A stretch of DNA of 64,000 nucleotides from a virus (Duplodnaviria; Caudoviricetes): the IMG/VR virus record IMGVR_UViG_2931714059_000002, positions 1 to 64,000 of that record. One strand, 5' to 3'. Positions 28,314-37,945 of this stretch are shown here, one piece after another. Within the stretch, counting starts at the first letter, position 1, and each line of letters begins with the position of its first letter. Position numbers and translations under genes: made by a program. The notes under the pieces were generated by a model that ran no database searches, was not told where the DNA came from, and saw nothing but the letters and a program-made list of their open reading frames with translations.

Positions 28314-29093
28314 ATGAGCACCACCACCGTCCGAACCAGCCCCGGCGTCGCCATCGCCCAGCACATCGGCACCCGCACCGAGCAGTGCGACGCCGCCGCC
28401 ATCCGCACCAACAAGGCCACCGGTGTCCGTGCGCTCGTACTCCTCGACGGAATCGGCGACACCCCCACCGTCCGCGACTGGACGCGCGACGCCGCCCAGC
28501 GCCTCGCGATCGTCGCCGCCCGCGTCGGCGACGCCGAGACCGCGCTCCGAGCCGAGTACGAGCGGTACGCAGCCCCCCAGCGTGGCAGCGGCATCGAGGA
28601 GGACCCGCCCGGCGCGGCGGCGATCGTCGCCGTCACCCGCCCCGGCCAGCCGATCACGATCGCCTGGGCAGGAGACTGCCGCGCCTACGCGATCACCCGC
28701 AGCGAGGCCCGCCAGCTCACGGCCGACCACAACCTCCGCCGCGTCTGGCCTCCGTGCGCGACGCACAACGGCGGCAACCGCCACCGCATCACCTCGCACC
28801 TCGGCGACTGCCTCACGGACGACGAGGTCAAGGCCCTCCACAACCACCCCGCGATCGAGGCCACCACCTACACGCCCAGCGCTCCCGGTACCCGGCTCCT
28901 GCTGGCAACCGACGGCGCCTACGAGCCGCATGAGGCAACCACCTACCCCCTCACGCTGCTCGCCGAGGGGCCCATGCGCATCGCCGCCGCCAACGGCGTC
29001 CAGGACGCCGTGGCCACGGCCGAGGCCGCCACCGAGCCCGACATCCACGCGGACAACGCGACCATCCTGCTCGCCCGCGTCGACCCCTCCTGA
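28314..29093 (+). CDS. PP2C/PPM-type Ser/Thr phosphatase
   Basis: GTRTEQCDA, LLDGIG, WAGDCRAY, LTADH, LATDG, DNAT. Confidence 0.85.
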   Translation: MSTTTVRTSPGVAIAQHIGTRTEQCDAAAIRTNKATGVRALVLLDGIGDTPTVRDWTRDAAQRLAIVAARVGDAETALRAEYERYAAPQRGSGIEEDPPGAAAIVAVTRPGQPITIAWAGDCRAYAITRSEARQLTADHNLRRVWPPCATHNGGNRHRITSHLGDCLTDDEVKALHNHPAIEATTYTPSAPGTRLLLATDGAYEPHEATTYPLTLLAEGPMRIAAANGVQDAVATAEAATEPDIHADNATILLARVDPS

Positions 29094-29156
29094 CCATCCC
29101 ACGGCCGCCCCCGCCCCAGGGGCAGCCCACCCCACCAGAGAAAGGGCCCCGTCATC

Positions 29157-29612
29157 GTGACGACGCTCAGCCGCTACGCCCGCAACCCGCGCTCCGGCGC
29201 CTACCACTACGGCGCCGACGCCGACAACGGCGACACCACCCTGCTGTGCAGCGACTCCACCTACCGGCAGGAGGACATCGTCAGCAACCCGAGCGGCTAC
29301 GGCCAGCTCGCGTCCCTCGCCGCGCCCACCGCCCGGCACACCGAGTGCCGCAAATGCAGTCGGGTCCGGATCGAGCTGGCCGCGCCCAAGGTCTCCGCCA
29401 GCGCCCAGGCCGCCCAGCTAGCCCGCACGCACCGCCTCAGCGACCGCATGGTGACCGCCCTGCTCACCGGTGCGACAGACGGCCGCCTGACCGGCCTCAC
29501 CGGGACACTCACCGGGCTCGTGCAGCGCGGCCTGGCCGAGGAGTACGACGGCACCTACGGGCTGACCACCTTGGGACGCGAGGTCCTGTGCGGCCTCGTC
29601 GACATCGCCTGA
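29157..29612 (+). CDS. Hypothetical protein (Zn motif plus wHTH-like tail)
   Basis: CRKC; LTGLVQRGL..LTTLGREV. Confidence 0.6.
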   Translation: MTTLSRYARNPRSGAYHYGADADNGDTTLLCSDSTYRQEDIVSNPSGYGQLASLAAPTARHTECRKCSRVRIELAAPKVSASAQAAQLARTHRLSDRMVTALLTGATDGRLTGLTGTLTGLVQRGLAEEYDGTYGLTTLGREVLCGLVDIA

Positions 29613-29670
29613 CACCCCGGGCCCCGGCACGACGCCGGGGCCCACCCCCACCGAGCACGGAACGGACCCC

Positions 29671-30414
29671 GTGGACACCCTCATCGCCCTCGCCGTCATC
29701 GCCAGCGTCGTCTGGCTCATCACCAGCAGCCGCGCGCACCGCCGCCCGCCGGGCCGCCCAGGCCGCATCCCCCGGCCACGCCGGCACCGCGACCACGGCG
29801 CCGGCGCCTCCGCCGCACGCCGCGCCTCCCAACTCGCCCAAGACGCCCGCGGCGGCCCCGGCCGCCGCCTCCTGGCCGCCGCCGGCATCACCACCCGCGG
29901 CGCCGCCCGCGACCAACGGGCCGCTGCACAGTGGAGGTCAGGGGCCGTCGGCGAGCAGCTGACCGCCGCGATCCTCGCCGGAATCCCCGGCATCCACGTG
30001 CTGCACGACCGGGCCCTGCCCCGGGGCAGGGCGAACGTCGACCACCTGGTGATCACGCCGGACGGCAAGGTGCTGCTCGTGGACTCGAAGCTCTGGAGCG
30101 GCCACTTCCGCATCAGCGTCACCCGCGACGGCCGACTCCTCCACGGCACCGCCGACCGCACCCGCTCGCTGAACTCCGCGCGCTACGAAGCCGAGCAGGT
30201 ATCCGCCGCCCTCGGTGGCCTGCCCGTCACCATCCTCATCGCCGTGCACCGCGCACCCATCACGGACGGCGCCATCACCACCGACGACGGCATCTGCATC
30301 ATCCCGGCCGGCACCCTCCCAGACACCATCCGGGCGCTGTCCGGACGGGCCCGGACAACCGCCCGGCGCCTCGCCGAACAGGCCGACCGGGCCCTCCCCC
30401 CGCACGCCCACTGA
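29671..30414 (+). CDS. NERD-domain nuclease with N-terminal TM
   Basis: GAVGEQLT, VLHDRALP..NVDHLVI, VDSKLW. Confidence 0.85.
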   Translation: MDTLIALAVIASVVWLITSSRAHRRPPGRPGRIPRPRRHRDHGAGASAARRASQLAQDARGGPGRRLLAAAGITTRGAARDQRAAAQWRSGAVGEQLTAAILAGIPGIHVLHDRALPRGRANVDHLVITPDGKVLLVDSKLWSGHFRISVTRDGRLLHGTADRTRSLNSARYEAEQVSAALGGLPVTILIAVHRAPITDGAITTDDGICIIPAGTLPDTIRALSGRARTTARRLAEQADRALPPHAH

Positions 30415-30422
30415 CCCGCAAC

Positions 30423-30477
30423 GGCGGCCGGACAGCTGTCCGGCCGCCCTGTCCGGACAGCACGGACAAGTTGTCCG
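30423..30477. repeat. CCGGACA/TGTCCGG palindrome cluster
   Basis: GGCGGCCGGACAGCTGTCCGGCCGCC; TGTCCGGACA 30450; CGGACAAGTTGTCCG. Confidence 0.8.
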
Positions 30478-30539
30478 AATCCCCCCGCGCCCGCCATCAG
30501 ACGACCTACGGTGCTCCCAGCCAGCCACAGGAGATCCCC

Positions 30540-31199
30540 ATGCACGCGCCGCCCGCCGGACGCCGCCGTAACGCCCAGCTCATCGCCGCCGCCGCCTGCA
30601 TCATTGGCGACTGTGCCCAGGCCGCCGGCGACATCTACGGCCCGATCGCCGCCCACATCTCCGTACCGGACGCCGACCCCGACGGGCCCGTCGTGGTCTC
30701 CGGACGCCACCTCACCGTGCTCGCGGCCACCGCACCGGCACGGCTCGACCGCGCCCGGCAGCTCGACCGAACGGCGTGGGCCGCCGAGGCCAGCGCCGAG
30801 GACCAGGACCAAGCTGCCGCCCACGCTGAGCGTGCCGTCCTCGCCGAGGCCGCTGCCGTCTTGGACATGGAGCCCGCCGGCGAACCTGCCGCGTGGCCGG
30901 CCGGAGTCCCCGAGATCACCCCCGCGCACGGCGCCGCGATGGCGCCCATCGCCGCCGCCGAGGAACTGCTGGCGGACGACATCACCGCGGAGCGCGTGCA
31001 GTTGCTCGCCCAGGAGCACGACGCGCACGCCGGCGAGATCATCGCCGAGGCCATCACCCAGGCGTCCGCCTGCGCATGCCTCGCCCTCGACCAGGCCCGG
31101 GACATCCTGACGACCGACCCGTCCGCCGCCGCTGAACTCGCCATCGCCGCGACCCGCCACCTCGCGGACCTCGTCACCGTCGCCTCGATCGACGCGTAA
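30540..31199 (+). CDS. Hypothetical helical protein
   Basis: RBS AGGAG. Confidence 0.65.
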   Translation: MHAPPAGRRRNAQLIAAAACIIGDCAQAAGDIYGPIAAHISVPDADPDGPVVVSGRHLTVLAATAPARLDRARQLDRTAWAAEASAEDQDQAAAHAERAVLAEAAAVLDMEPAGEPAAWPAGVPEITPAHGAAMAPIAAAEELLADDITAERVQLLAQEHDAHAGEIIAEAITQASACACLALDQARDILTTDPSAAAELAIAATRHLADLVTVASIDA

Positions 31200-31209
31200 G
31201 GACAAGACC

Positions 31210-32229
31210 ATGCCAACGACACACCTGCGTGCCTGTGACGTGCCCGAGGTCCGGCAGGATCTACTCCGATGGGCTCAACAAAACGCCGAACGCGGAAAGC
31301 GCGCCCAGGGCGCTATCCACGTCAACGCCTTCACCGAGCCGTCGATGTTCCAGTCCTCGGCGGCGGCGGCCGAGCTGTACTACGTCAACGACGTTATGAC
31401 GAGACTCGCCCGTGACATCGGCGAAGGGCTCCCCGTCTGCGCATTCGACGTCGACTCTCTGCCAGCGCCAACGGGCCTCCTGGTGTGGTCTGATGATTCG
31501 AGCGCGCACACCCAGAACCTCGGCAAACCCCGGGCAGTGCTGTGGTGCCGTACCGGGCTGACACTGCGCGTCGCCGTTCTGGACGACGCCGGCCCCTACC
31601 GCCGCGAATTGGAGAAACTGGGGAGGCGAGTAGATCCGACCTGGGCGAGTGAGGTCGCCCTGTCCCTCGCGGGTGACCTAGCGCTGGGCTTCGGCACAGC
31701 GATCCCACTGAACGTTGAGACCGACTGGGACGAAGTGAAGCATGCCTGGAGCGTCGACAGGCACGGCCGCCCCGCCAAGGACCGCTTCCATGTGGGAGCT
31801 GACAGGCTCAACAGTATCCACGGCGAGCAACTCGGCGTAATCCGCACTCTGCTGGGCACGCTCCTGCTCATCCGACAGCCAGCCGAGGCCCGGCGCGCCC
31901 TGTGGCAGTCCGACGACGTGCAACCCGACGCGGCAGCCCGTAAGCGCCTACGCCGAGCCGGTGCTGAGCGGCCCGACGCGACGGTGCGTTACATCACGCT
32001 GCGCCAGAACGTTCGCCCCTTAAGCGACGATGCCGAGACATCGGGCCGCAGTGCGCGCACCTACAGAAGCCAGTGGTTCGTCCGGCCTCACCGGCGCACC
32101 TACCCCGACCGGAACGACCCTACGGGCTACTCCCGAAAGTGGGTCGGCCCCTACCTCGTCACCCCCGCAGGATGCGAGAGCGCTCCCATCCTCGGTCGGG
32201 AACGCATCGTGCACGTGCTCCGCCGCTGA
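31210..32229 (+). CDS. Hypothetical protein, lower GC3
   Basis: 339 aa; QWFVRPHRR..KWVGPY C-terminus. Confidence 0.7.
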   Translation: MPTTHLRACDVPEVRQDLLRWAQQNAERGKRAQGAIHVNAFTEPSMFQSSAAAAELYYVNDVMTRLARDIGEGLPVCAFDVDSLPAPTGLLVWSDDSSAHTQNLGKPRAVLWCRTGLTLRVAVLDDAGPYRRELEKLGRRVDPTWASEVALSLAGDLALGFGTAIPLNVETDWDEVKHAWSVDRHGRPAKDRFHVGADRLNSIHGEQLGVIRTLLGTLLLIRQPAEARRALWQSDDVQPDAAARKRLRRAGAERPDATVRYITLRQNVRPLSDDAETSGRSARTYRSQWFVRPHRRTYPDRNDPTGYSRKWVGPYLVTPAGCESAPILGRERIVHVLRR

Positions 32230-32236
32230 CCTCGGA

Positions 32237-32929
32237 TCAGGGGCGCGGCCCCTGATTGATTCGCTCCCAAAGGGGATTGAGCGGATTCTCCTCCTGGCCG
32301 AGGGGGAGCTGATGGACAGAGAACTTCCAGTCTCGGCCGTCTTCAGCGCTCAGCCGTGCCAGTGCCTGGCTTAGTGCCCAAACGCTCTCCTCCCACTCCC
32401 TGCCGTCCCGCACGAGCCCGTCCGTGTAGGAGTCGTGCGCATCGAACGCGCAGCCGCAATGGGTCCGCTGTGCTTCCGCGTCGATCTCCCGGCCCAGCGT
32501 GGCGGCCAGCTCTCGTAGTTCAGCGTTCTCCGCGGTGTCGGGTAGCGCCTTCATCAGCAGCGTCCAGCGCTGTCTCACCGGCGCAACTTCCGTGAGCTTC
32601 CTGAACCCGGGGGCGTACTCTTCCCAGGCCCGGCGCGCCTCCGCAACTGCACGAACCGCATTCCGGTGCGCCAGATCCAACCGCTGTGCTCGGTCCTCGC
32701 GGATCCTTCGGGGTGCAACCCAGCGAGCATGCGCCCGGTGCAGCGGCTCCATCAGAAGATCCCGGAGAGGCCCGTCGGGTACCCGCTCCTGCTTCGCCTG
32801 CTTCAAGGCGCTCCGGCGTCCCCAGATTCTTCCGAGGATCGTGGAGAGGACCGCCGACGCCGAGGCCGTCGCCAGCGGCAGCCATGTGCTCATGCTCATC
32901 CGCGCAGCATCGCGTGCGATTCGGGACAT
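32237..32929 (-). CDS. Hypothetical moron protein with N-terminal hydrophobic segment
   Basis: Opposite strand; atypical codon use; start uncertain. Confidence 0.55.
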   Translation of the reverse strand: MSRIARDAARMSMSTWLPLATASASAVLSTILGRIWGRRSALKQAKQERVPDGPLRDLLMEPLHRAHARWVAPRRIREDRAQRLDLAHRNAVRAVAEARRAWEEYAPGFRKLTEVAPVRQRWTLLMKALPDTAENAELRELAATLGREIDAEAQRTHCGCAFDAHDSYTDGLVRDGREWEESVWALSQALARLSAEDGRDWKFSVHQLPLGQEENPLNPLWERINQGPRP

Positions 32930-33033
32930 GCGACAACATCCGGCCACTCTGGCCACTACCCGCTGTGGCCGCGCGGTGGCTGATACGCGGCTATCCGTGA
33001 CGCTGCGCAGCGGATACTCTCGGACGTCGGAAG

Positions 33034-33051
33034 TATTCCGGAATAGTCAAG
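33034..33051. promoter_or_regulatory. GntR operator TATTCCGGAATA (copy 1)
   Basis: Palindrome downstream of -10 TACTCT (33015-20). Confidence 0.75.
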
Positions 33052-33078
33052 GCACAGCGAAAGAGAGGTGCGGCCCGG

Positions 33079-33837
33079 ATGGATGACCGCCACGTGAAGC
33101 GCTACGAGGATCTCGCCGCGACACTGCGCCGCCGGATCGCCGACGGCACCTACCCCGCCGGGAGCGACTTGCCGACCGTCCAGCAGATGAGCAGCGAGCA
33201 TGGCGTCACCATCAGCACCGTGCAAGCCGCCATGCAGACCCTGCGGCGCGACGGCCTGGTGGACAGTGGCCAAGGTCGACGCTCCCGCGTCCTCGCGCAA
33301 CGCGCCATTATCAGCCATTCCGCGTCATACCTGGCGCAGGACGGCGATGGCCGACAGGCCCTGACCTGGGCGCAGCACATGGCCAGCCTCGGCATGCGCG
33401 GGGAGCAGATCCTCGGGCACGTCGGTGAGGCGCCGGCGCCGGAGGACATCGCGCAGCACCTGGGCGTAGCCCCCGGCGACCCGGTACTGCTACGCGGCCG
33501 GGAAATGCTCGCGGACGGCGAGGTCGTCGAACTCGCGGACTCCTGGTACCCGCTGGACATCGCATCCGGCACGGGACTGGCACAGCGGCGCCTGGTGCGC
33601 GGCGGCCTCCCGGCAGTGCTCGCCGAGCGCGGCCTGCGGGCGGTGGAGGTCGAGGAGATCGTCACCAGCCCAGTGCCGGGGCCGGAGGCGTGCGAGAGGC
33701 TGCGGATCACGCCGGACGACCGGATCCTCCGCAAGGTGCGCGTGTACTACGCGGAGGAGGGCCAGGCGGTGGCCGTGGACGCCAGCACGATGCGCGGCAG
33801 CCGACATGAGCTGAGGTACCGGCTGCCGGTGCACTGA
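33079..33837 (+). CDS. GntR/HutC (UTRA) repressor, KorSA/TraR-like
   Basis: YEDLAATLRRRIADGTYPAGSDLPT; UTRA region ELADSWYP..EVEEIV. Confidence 0.9.
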   Translation: MDDRHVKRYEDLAATLRRRIADGTYPAGSDLPTVQQMSSEHGVTISTVQAAMQTLRRDGLVDSGQGRRSRVLAQRAIISHSASYLAQDGDGRQALTWAQHMASLGMRGEQILGHVGEAPAPEDIAQHLGVAPGDPVLLRGREMLADGEVVELADSWYPLDIASGTGLAQRRLVRGGLPAVLAERGLRAVEVEEIVTSPVPGPEACERLRITPDDRILRKVRVYYAEEGQAVAVDASTMRGSRHELRYRLPVH

Positions 33838-33905
33838 TGCTCTGACCTGCGCAGATGAGGGCGGACCGTGATGGTCCGCCCTTTCGCGCGTCCGATTACC
33901 GGACA

Positions 33906-33949
33906 CTATTCCGGAACAGCTTGACTATTCCGGAATAGGTGACCAAGAT
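33906..33949 (+). promoter_or_regulatory. GntR-repressed promoter of the spread-like operon
   Basis: CTATTCCGGAA 33906; TTGACT 33921, N17, CAAGAT; CTATTCCGGAATAG 33925-38. Confidence 0.8.
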
Positions 33950-33956
33950 GGCCTAC

Positions 33957-34157
33957 ATGACCTACCGAGAGCGATCGGTCAGCTACACCCCGCTGACTGT
34001 CACGCAGGTATCGGGGCTGCTGGGCATCTCCCGGCGCACCGTCCTCCGTGAGATCCAGCGGGGCAACCTGGCCGCCGTGAAACCGGGCGGCATGTACCGG
34101 ATCGACCCGGGCGAGTACGCGGCCTACCGCGATCGGTCCCGAGTCCTCCCCGGCTGA
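33957..34157 (+). CDS. Excisionase-like HTH_17 protein
   Basis: LTVTQVSGLLGISRRTVLREIQRGNLAAVKPGGMYRI. Confidence 0.85.
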   Translation: MTYRERSVSYTPLTVTQVSGLLGISRRTVLREIQRGNLAAVKPGGMYRIDPGEYAAYRDRSRVLPG

Positions 34158-34260
34158 CCGGCCAGCTCCCGGAAAGGGAGCGGCCCCGGCGTTGGGCGTT
34201 GCACCGCCCGCCGGGGCCAGTGATCAACACCCCATCCAGCGTGAACAAGGAGTGATCGAC

Positions 34261-34410
34261 GTGCAGCGTAGTACGTCCACCCAGCACCGCGCCCGGCCGG
34301 GCACCATCCGGCCGCCGCACGTCCAGGTGCCCGCGCCCCAGGGCGCACGCCTCGGGCGCGTCATCGACGCCATCACCGGTACCCGGCAGGGGGGTGGCCG
34401 CCGTGGCTGA
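34261..34410 (+). CDS. Small hypothetical protein
   Basis: RBS AAGGAG, GTG. Confidence 0.5.
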   Translation: MQRSTSTQHRARPGTIRPPHVQVPAPQGARLGRVIDAITGTRQGGGRRG

Positions 34411-34540
34411 GCAGGACCTGCGGGACTACCGCAACGCCGCGCCGCAGCGCGACCCCCAGGCCGTCAAGGACGCCGTGCGCAACGCCCAGACGAGCGGCGC
34501 GTCCACCGGCTCGGCCGCGTCGCAGGGAGCGAAGCGATGA
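34403..34540 (+). CDS. Small hypothetical protein
   Basis: Coupled; MAEQDLRDYRNAAPQRDP. Confidence 0.5.
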   Translation: MAEQDLRDYRNAAPQRDPQAVKDAVRNAQTSGASTGSAASQGAKR

Positions 34541-34926
34541 GCACCACCATCGACCGAGCCCTCTCCATCGCCCGGCAGTCCATCACGTGGCACGCCTACG
34601 GCCAGCAGGTCACCGGCCCGCAGGTAGCCACCCACCTCGACGCCGCCCGCGAGCGGGTCGCCGAGGTCGGCTGGCACCCGAACGGGATGACCACCTCGCT
34701 GTTCGGCCAGCTCACGGCTGCCGCCGAGCGGGGGCGGGGGACCGCGTCCACCCGCTTCGTCGCCGGGCTCGTCATCCTCTCCGTGCTGCGCGCCCGTACC
34801 GGGGCCTCCGTCGCCTCGCACGAGGTGTGGGAGCGCCAGACCGGCCGCTCCCGCGACGACGTGCAGCAGTTGCTGCACGACGCCGCCGCCGTCGCCCGCG
34901 ACGCCGGGCCCAAGGGGGCCAGCTGA
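34537..34926 (+). CDS. Hypothetical protein (DUF6197-like)
   Basis: VAEVGW..WERQTGRSRDDVQQLL. Confidence 0.65.
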   Translation: MSTTIDRALSIARQSITWHAYGQQVTGPQVATHLDAARERVAEVGWHPNGMTTSLFGQLTAAAERGRGTASTRFVAGLVILSVLRARTGASVASHEVWERQTGRSRDDVQQLLHDAAAVARDAGPKGAS

Positions 34927-35057
34927 TGGCCGCCCAGCAGCCCAAGCCCGCCCCCGGCGACCAGGACAACGGCCAGGAGCCGACCGCCGCCGAGACCCTC
35001 ATCCGCCGCTACGGCGACCTGATCCGCCGACACCAGACCGGAGGCACCCCCTCATGA
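34926..35057 (+). CDS. Small hypothetical protein
   Basis: TGATG overlap. Confidence 0.45.
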   Translation: MAAQQPKPAPGDQDNGQEPTAAETLIRRYGDLIRRHQTGGTPS

Positions 35058-35176
35058 AGACCAAGCACCAGACCTGCGCCTTCCCCCGCGAGTGCGGCGC
35101 CTGCCAGGGCTGGGGGACCGTCGTCGGCCCCAACGGCAAGGGCATCAAGCCCTGCCCGAACGGCTGCAAGAAGTAG
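35054..35176 (+). CDS. Cys-rich microprotein
   Basis: MKTKHQTCAFPRECGACQGWG..PCPNGCKK; RBS GGAGG. Confidence 0.6.
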   Translation: MKTKHQTCAFPRECGACQGWGTVVGPNGKGIKPCPNGCKK

Positions 35177-35329
35177 CAGCCCCGCGCCGTCCGGCCCCGC
35201 TCCCGGGGCCGGACGGCCACCCGACCGCCAGCTGTGTAGGCCGCACCCCGCCCCCTCCCTGCCGTGGGGTGCGGTCCACAGAGCCGACGAGAGCCACCAC
35301 CCCCGACCACGCACGAGAAAGGGCGCCCG

Positions 35330-36448
35330 ATGGAGCCCGGACAGACCCCCGCCCAGCCGGGCACCGCGCCGGCCGAGAACCCGTACATCAAGTACCGCAC
35401 CGAGCGGCGCACACGGAAGGTGTGGCACAGCGAGGACGGCGTCAACTACGAGCTGATCAACGACGACTACGACGTCCGCGTACCCGTTCCGCCCCGGGAC
35501 AGCGACCTGATCGTCCTGCGCCTCGTGACCGGCGCGACCATCTTCATGGTCACCGCCGCCCTCGCGTGGTCGACGGCCGGCATTGGTGACCTGCTGTCCA
35601 TGTCCGTGGCCGCGCCCATCGCCTACGCCGCCGCGATCGGATTCGACGCCGCGTGGATGACCTGCATGGGCATCGAGTGGCTCAACCGCTACCGGCCCGA
35701 GCGTGCCCGCAAGGCGATGATCGCCGGGCACCTGTGCCTCATCGTGTCCATTGCGGCCGTCAGCGCACACGGAGGCATCAAGGTCGGCTCCGCGTGGGTC
35801 GCAGTCATCGGCGCCACGGTCAGCGTCATCGCGAAAGCGATGTGGATGTTGCTGCTGAGCCACACCGCGCTGGAGCTGGACCCGCGGGCCCGGAAGTGGA
35901 TGGCGCGGATCGAGGCTCGGCACGGCTCGCAGCTCGCCATCGCCAGCTGGCAGCGAGGTCTCCACCGCACGCAGGCCCGCCACGCGGCGCTGGTCGCAGC
36001 CCTCGGCGTGCCCGGACAGCTCCCGGACATGCAGTCCGGGCAGGCGGACAGCCCGATCCCGACCACCGGACAGACCCCGGGCGCACCGGTGCTGACCTCG
36101 GCGGACACGCGTCCGGACACTGTCCCGGCGCTGTCCGGGCCGGTACCTCCCGTGCCCGCTCCGCAGGTGCCGCAGGTGGCGCAGGTGCCGCAGCCGCTGG
36201 GCGCGCCGAGCACTCCCCCGCCGCCGCCGCCTCCGAACGACGAGCAGGACGAGAACAAGAAGCAGGACCGGGCGGACGAGGTCGTACCGATCGAGCGGGG
36301 CAACCTGACCGCCGCCCTCCGCAAGCTCCTCGCTGCCGGCATCACCGACCCCACCACCGCGCACCGCATGGTCGTGGAGGCCGGCATCACCGACGCCAAG
36401 GCGGACACCGTCAGCCGCACCATGCGCCGCCTCCAGCGGAGCGCCTGA
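35330..36448 (+). CDS. SpdB/DUF2637-like 4-TM protein with C-terminal putative DNA-binding domain
   Basis: WSTAGIGDLL, AAIGFDAAWMTCMGIEW; Pro-rich linker; KADTVSRTMRRL tail. Confidence 0.7.
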   Translation: MEPGQTPAQPGTAPAENPYIKYRTERRTRKVWHSEDGVNYELINDDYDVRVPVPPRDSDLIVLRLVTGATIFMVTAALAWSTAGIGDLLSMSVAAPIAYAAAIGFDAAWMTCMGIEWLNRYRPERARKAMIAGHLCLIVSIAAVSAHGGIKVGSAWVAVIGATVSVIAKAMWMLLLSHTALELDPRARKWMARIEARHGSQLAIASWQRGLHRTQARHAALVAALGVPGQLPDMQSGQADSPIPTTGQTPGAPVLTSADTRPDTVPALSGPVPPVPAPQVPQVAQVPQPLGAPSTPPPPPPPNDEQDENKKQDRADEVVPIERGNLTAALRKLLAAGITDPTTAHRMVVEAGITDAKADTVSRTMRRLQRSA

Positions 36449-36702
36449 TGCTGCGCCAGCTGCTCGCGCGCCTGCTGCGCCGCCGTTCCTCGGAGGAGCA
36501 GCCCACCGTGCGGCTGCTCCTCCCCGGCCCCCACCAGCCCCAGCCGGACCCCACGCCCGGCCCGCTCCCCGCCCTGCCGCCCGACATCGCGCGGCTCCAG
36601 AACCCGGCCCCGGCCGATCCGGCCGCCCCCGACCACACCGAGATCGCTGTCCGCCGCATCCTCCGGGACCGCGGCGTACACCCCGGAGGACGCCCCCGAT
36701 GA
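36448..36702 (+). CDS. Hypothetical protein
   Basis: TGATG overlap. Confidence 0.55.
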   Translation: MLRQLLARLLRRRSSEEQPTVRLLLPGPHQPQPDPTPGPLPALPPDIARLQNPAPADPAAPDHTEIAVRRILRDRGVHPGGRPR

Positions 36703-37430
36703 CCACCCACCAGCAGCAGCCGGGCAACTGGCTGGACGAGCTGTACGACGGGCCCGGCGCCACCCCGCTGGAGTACGCGGCCCGGCCTGCCCTGCCGCCT
36801 GGGCCGACCACGAGCAACTGCCCGGTCGAGGGGCGCATCATCCCGCCCGCCCCGAACACCCCGCCCGCCACGGCTCCCCCGCCGCCGCGGGCACCCCACC
36901 CGGGGCCGGTCGCGCCCCCCGGCACGCCAGACCTCCCGCCGTGGCGGGTGCCCGACACCCCGCCCGCGCCTCCACCGGCGCCTCCACCGCAGCAGGTGAT
37001 CGCGCCGGTCGTACTCCCCGAGAACCTGACCATCGAGCTGCGCTGGGAGGACCCCCCGCCGCCGCCCACGAACTGGCAGAGGTTCAAGACCTGGGTCAAG
37101 ACCCGGACGCACCCGGTCAGCACCCTCGCTGGGATCGGGCTGGCGTTCGTGCCGATCCCCGAGGTCGGCTACGGCGCTGCGGCGATCTGGGGCTCTCTCC
37201 TCCTGCGGATCCGGGGGGCAGCGGGCGCCGATTGGGGCTACGCCGCTGCCATCGCCGCCATCGTCGTCGCCTCTGCGTGGGCCTGGTGCATGCGCGATGT
37301 CGTGATCGTCCGCATGGAGTGGCCCCGCGTCCTGCTCACCCGATTCGTCGTCGCCACTGTGGCGGTCGGCGCCCTGTCCGTCATCCACCCCTGGGACCCG
37401 ATCCAGGGCCTCACCGGAGTGCCACTGTGA
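36699..37430 (+). CDS. Pro-rich membrane protein
   Basis: Pro-rich N-terminus; several C-terminal TM segments. Confidence 0.7.
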   Translation: MTTHQQQPGNWLDELYDGPGATPLEYAARPALPPGPTTSNCPVEGRIIPPAPNTPPATAPPPPRAPHPGPVAPPGTPDLPPWRVPDTPPAPPPAPPPQQVIAPVVLPENLTIELRWEDPPPPPTNWQRFKTWVKTRTHPVSTLAGIGLAFVPIPEVGYGAAAIWGSLLLRIRGAAGADWGYAAAIAAIVVASAWAWCMRDVVIVRMEWPRVLLTRFVVATVAVGALSVIHPWDPIQGLTGVPL

Positions 37431-37945
37431 CCACCGACCAGCTCACCTACGGCGGCGCTGCCGTCGCCATCGGAATCGTCGCCGTCTTTCTGATCTTCTG
37501 GTGGGTCAAGGACGACCACAAGATCACCAAGGCCCTCGGTATCGCCGCTCTGCTCGCGGTCGGCGCCCTCTTCACGGTGTGCACCGGCGGCCTCCTCGGC
37601 GTGGCCGGCGGGGCCGCGGCGAACGGCACCAACCAGGCCGGTCGCATCGCAGCCGGCGGGACCGGAGCGCTCGACGGCAACATCGCCACCGCGCCCACCC
37701 AGCAACTGACGGGCGGCGCCGCCATCATCCTCGTGGTGCTGCTGGCCGTTTTCGCGATCAACGTCTACCTGGCCAAGAAGTCGCAGGACATGCTCCGCAT
37801 CGCGCGGAACATCCTTCTGCCCATCGCCGGTGCCTCGCTCGCGCTCTCGGCTGGAGGCGCCGAATTCCTCAACGACTACCTGTACAGCTGGCTCAACGAT
37901 TCCGGCCAGCCCCTGGACGACTGGCTGAACGGAAGGGAGTCATGA
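37427..37945 (+). CDS. 4-TM membrane protein
   Basis: GTGA overlap; hydrophobic. Confidence 0.7.
   Translation: MTTDQLTYGGAAVAIGIVAVFLIFWWVKDDHKITKALGIAALLAVGALFTVCTGGLLGVAGGAAANGTNQAGRIAAGGTGALDGNIATAPTQQLTGGAAIILVVLLAVFAINVYLAKKSQDMLRIARNILLPIAGASLALSAGGAEFLNDYLYSWLNDSGQPLDDWLNGRES

Noticed and set aside
35009-37123. Long reverse-strand ORFs (also 54297-56663, 47334-48881, 49697-51280 and others)
   Set aside because: Shadow ORFs of real + strand genes in high-GC DNA; no RBS or recognisable motifs
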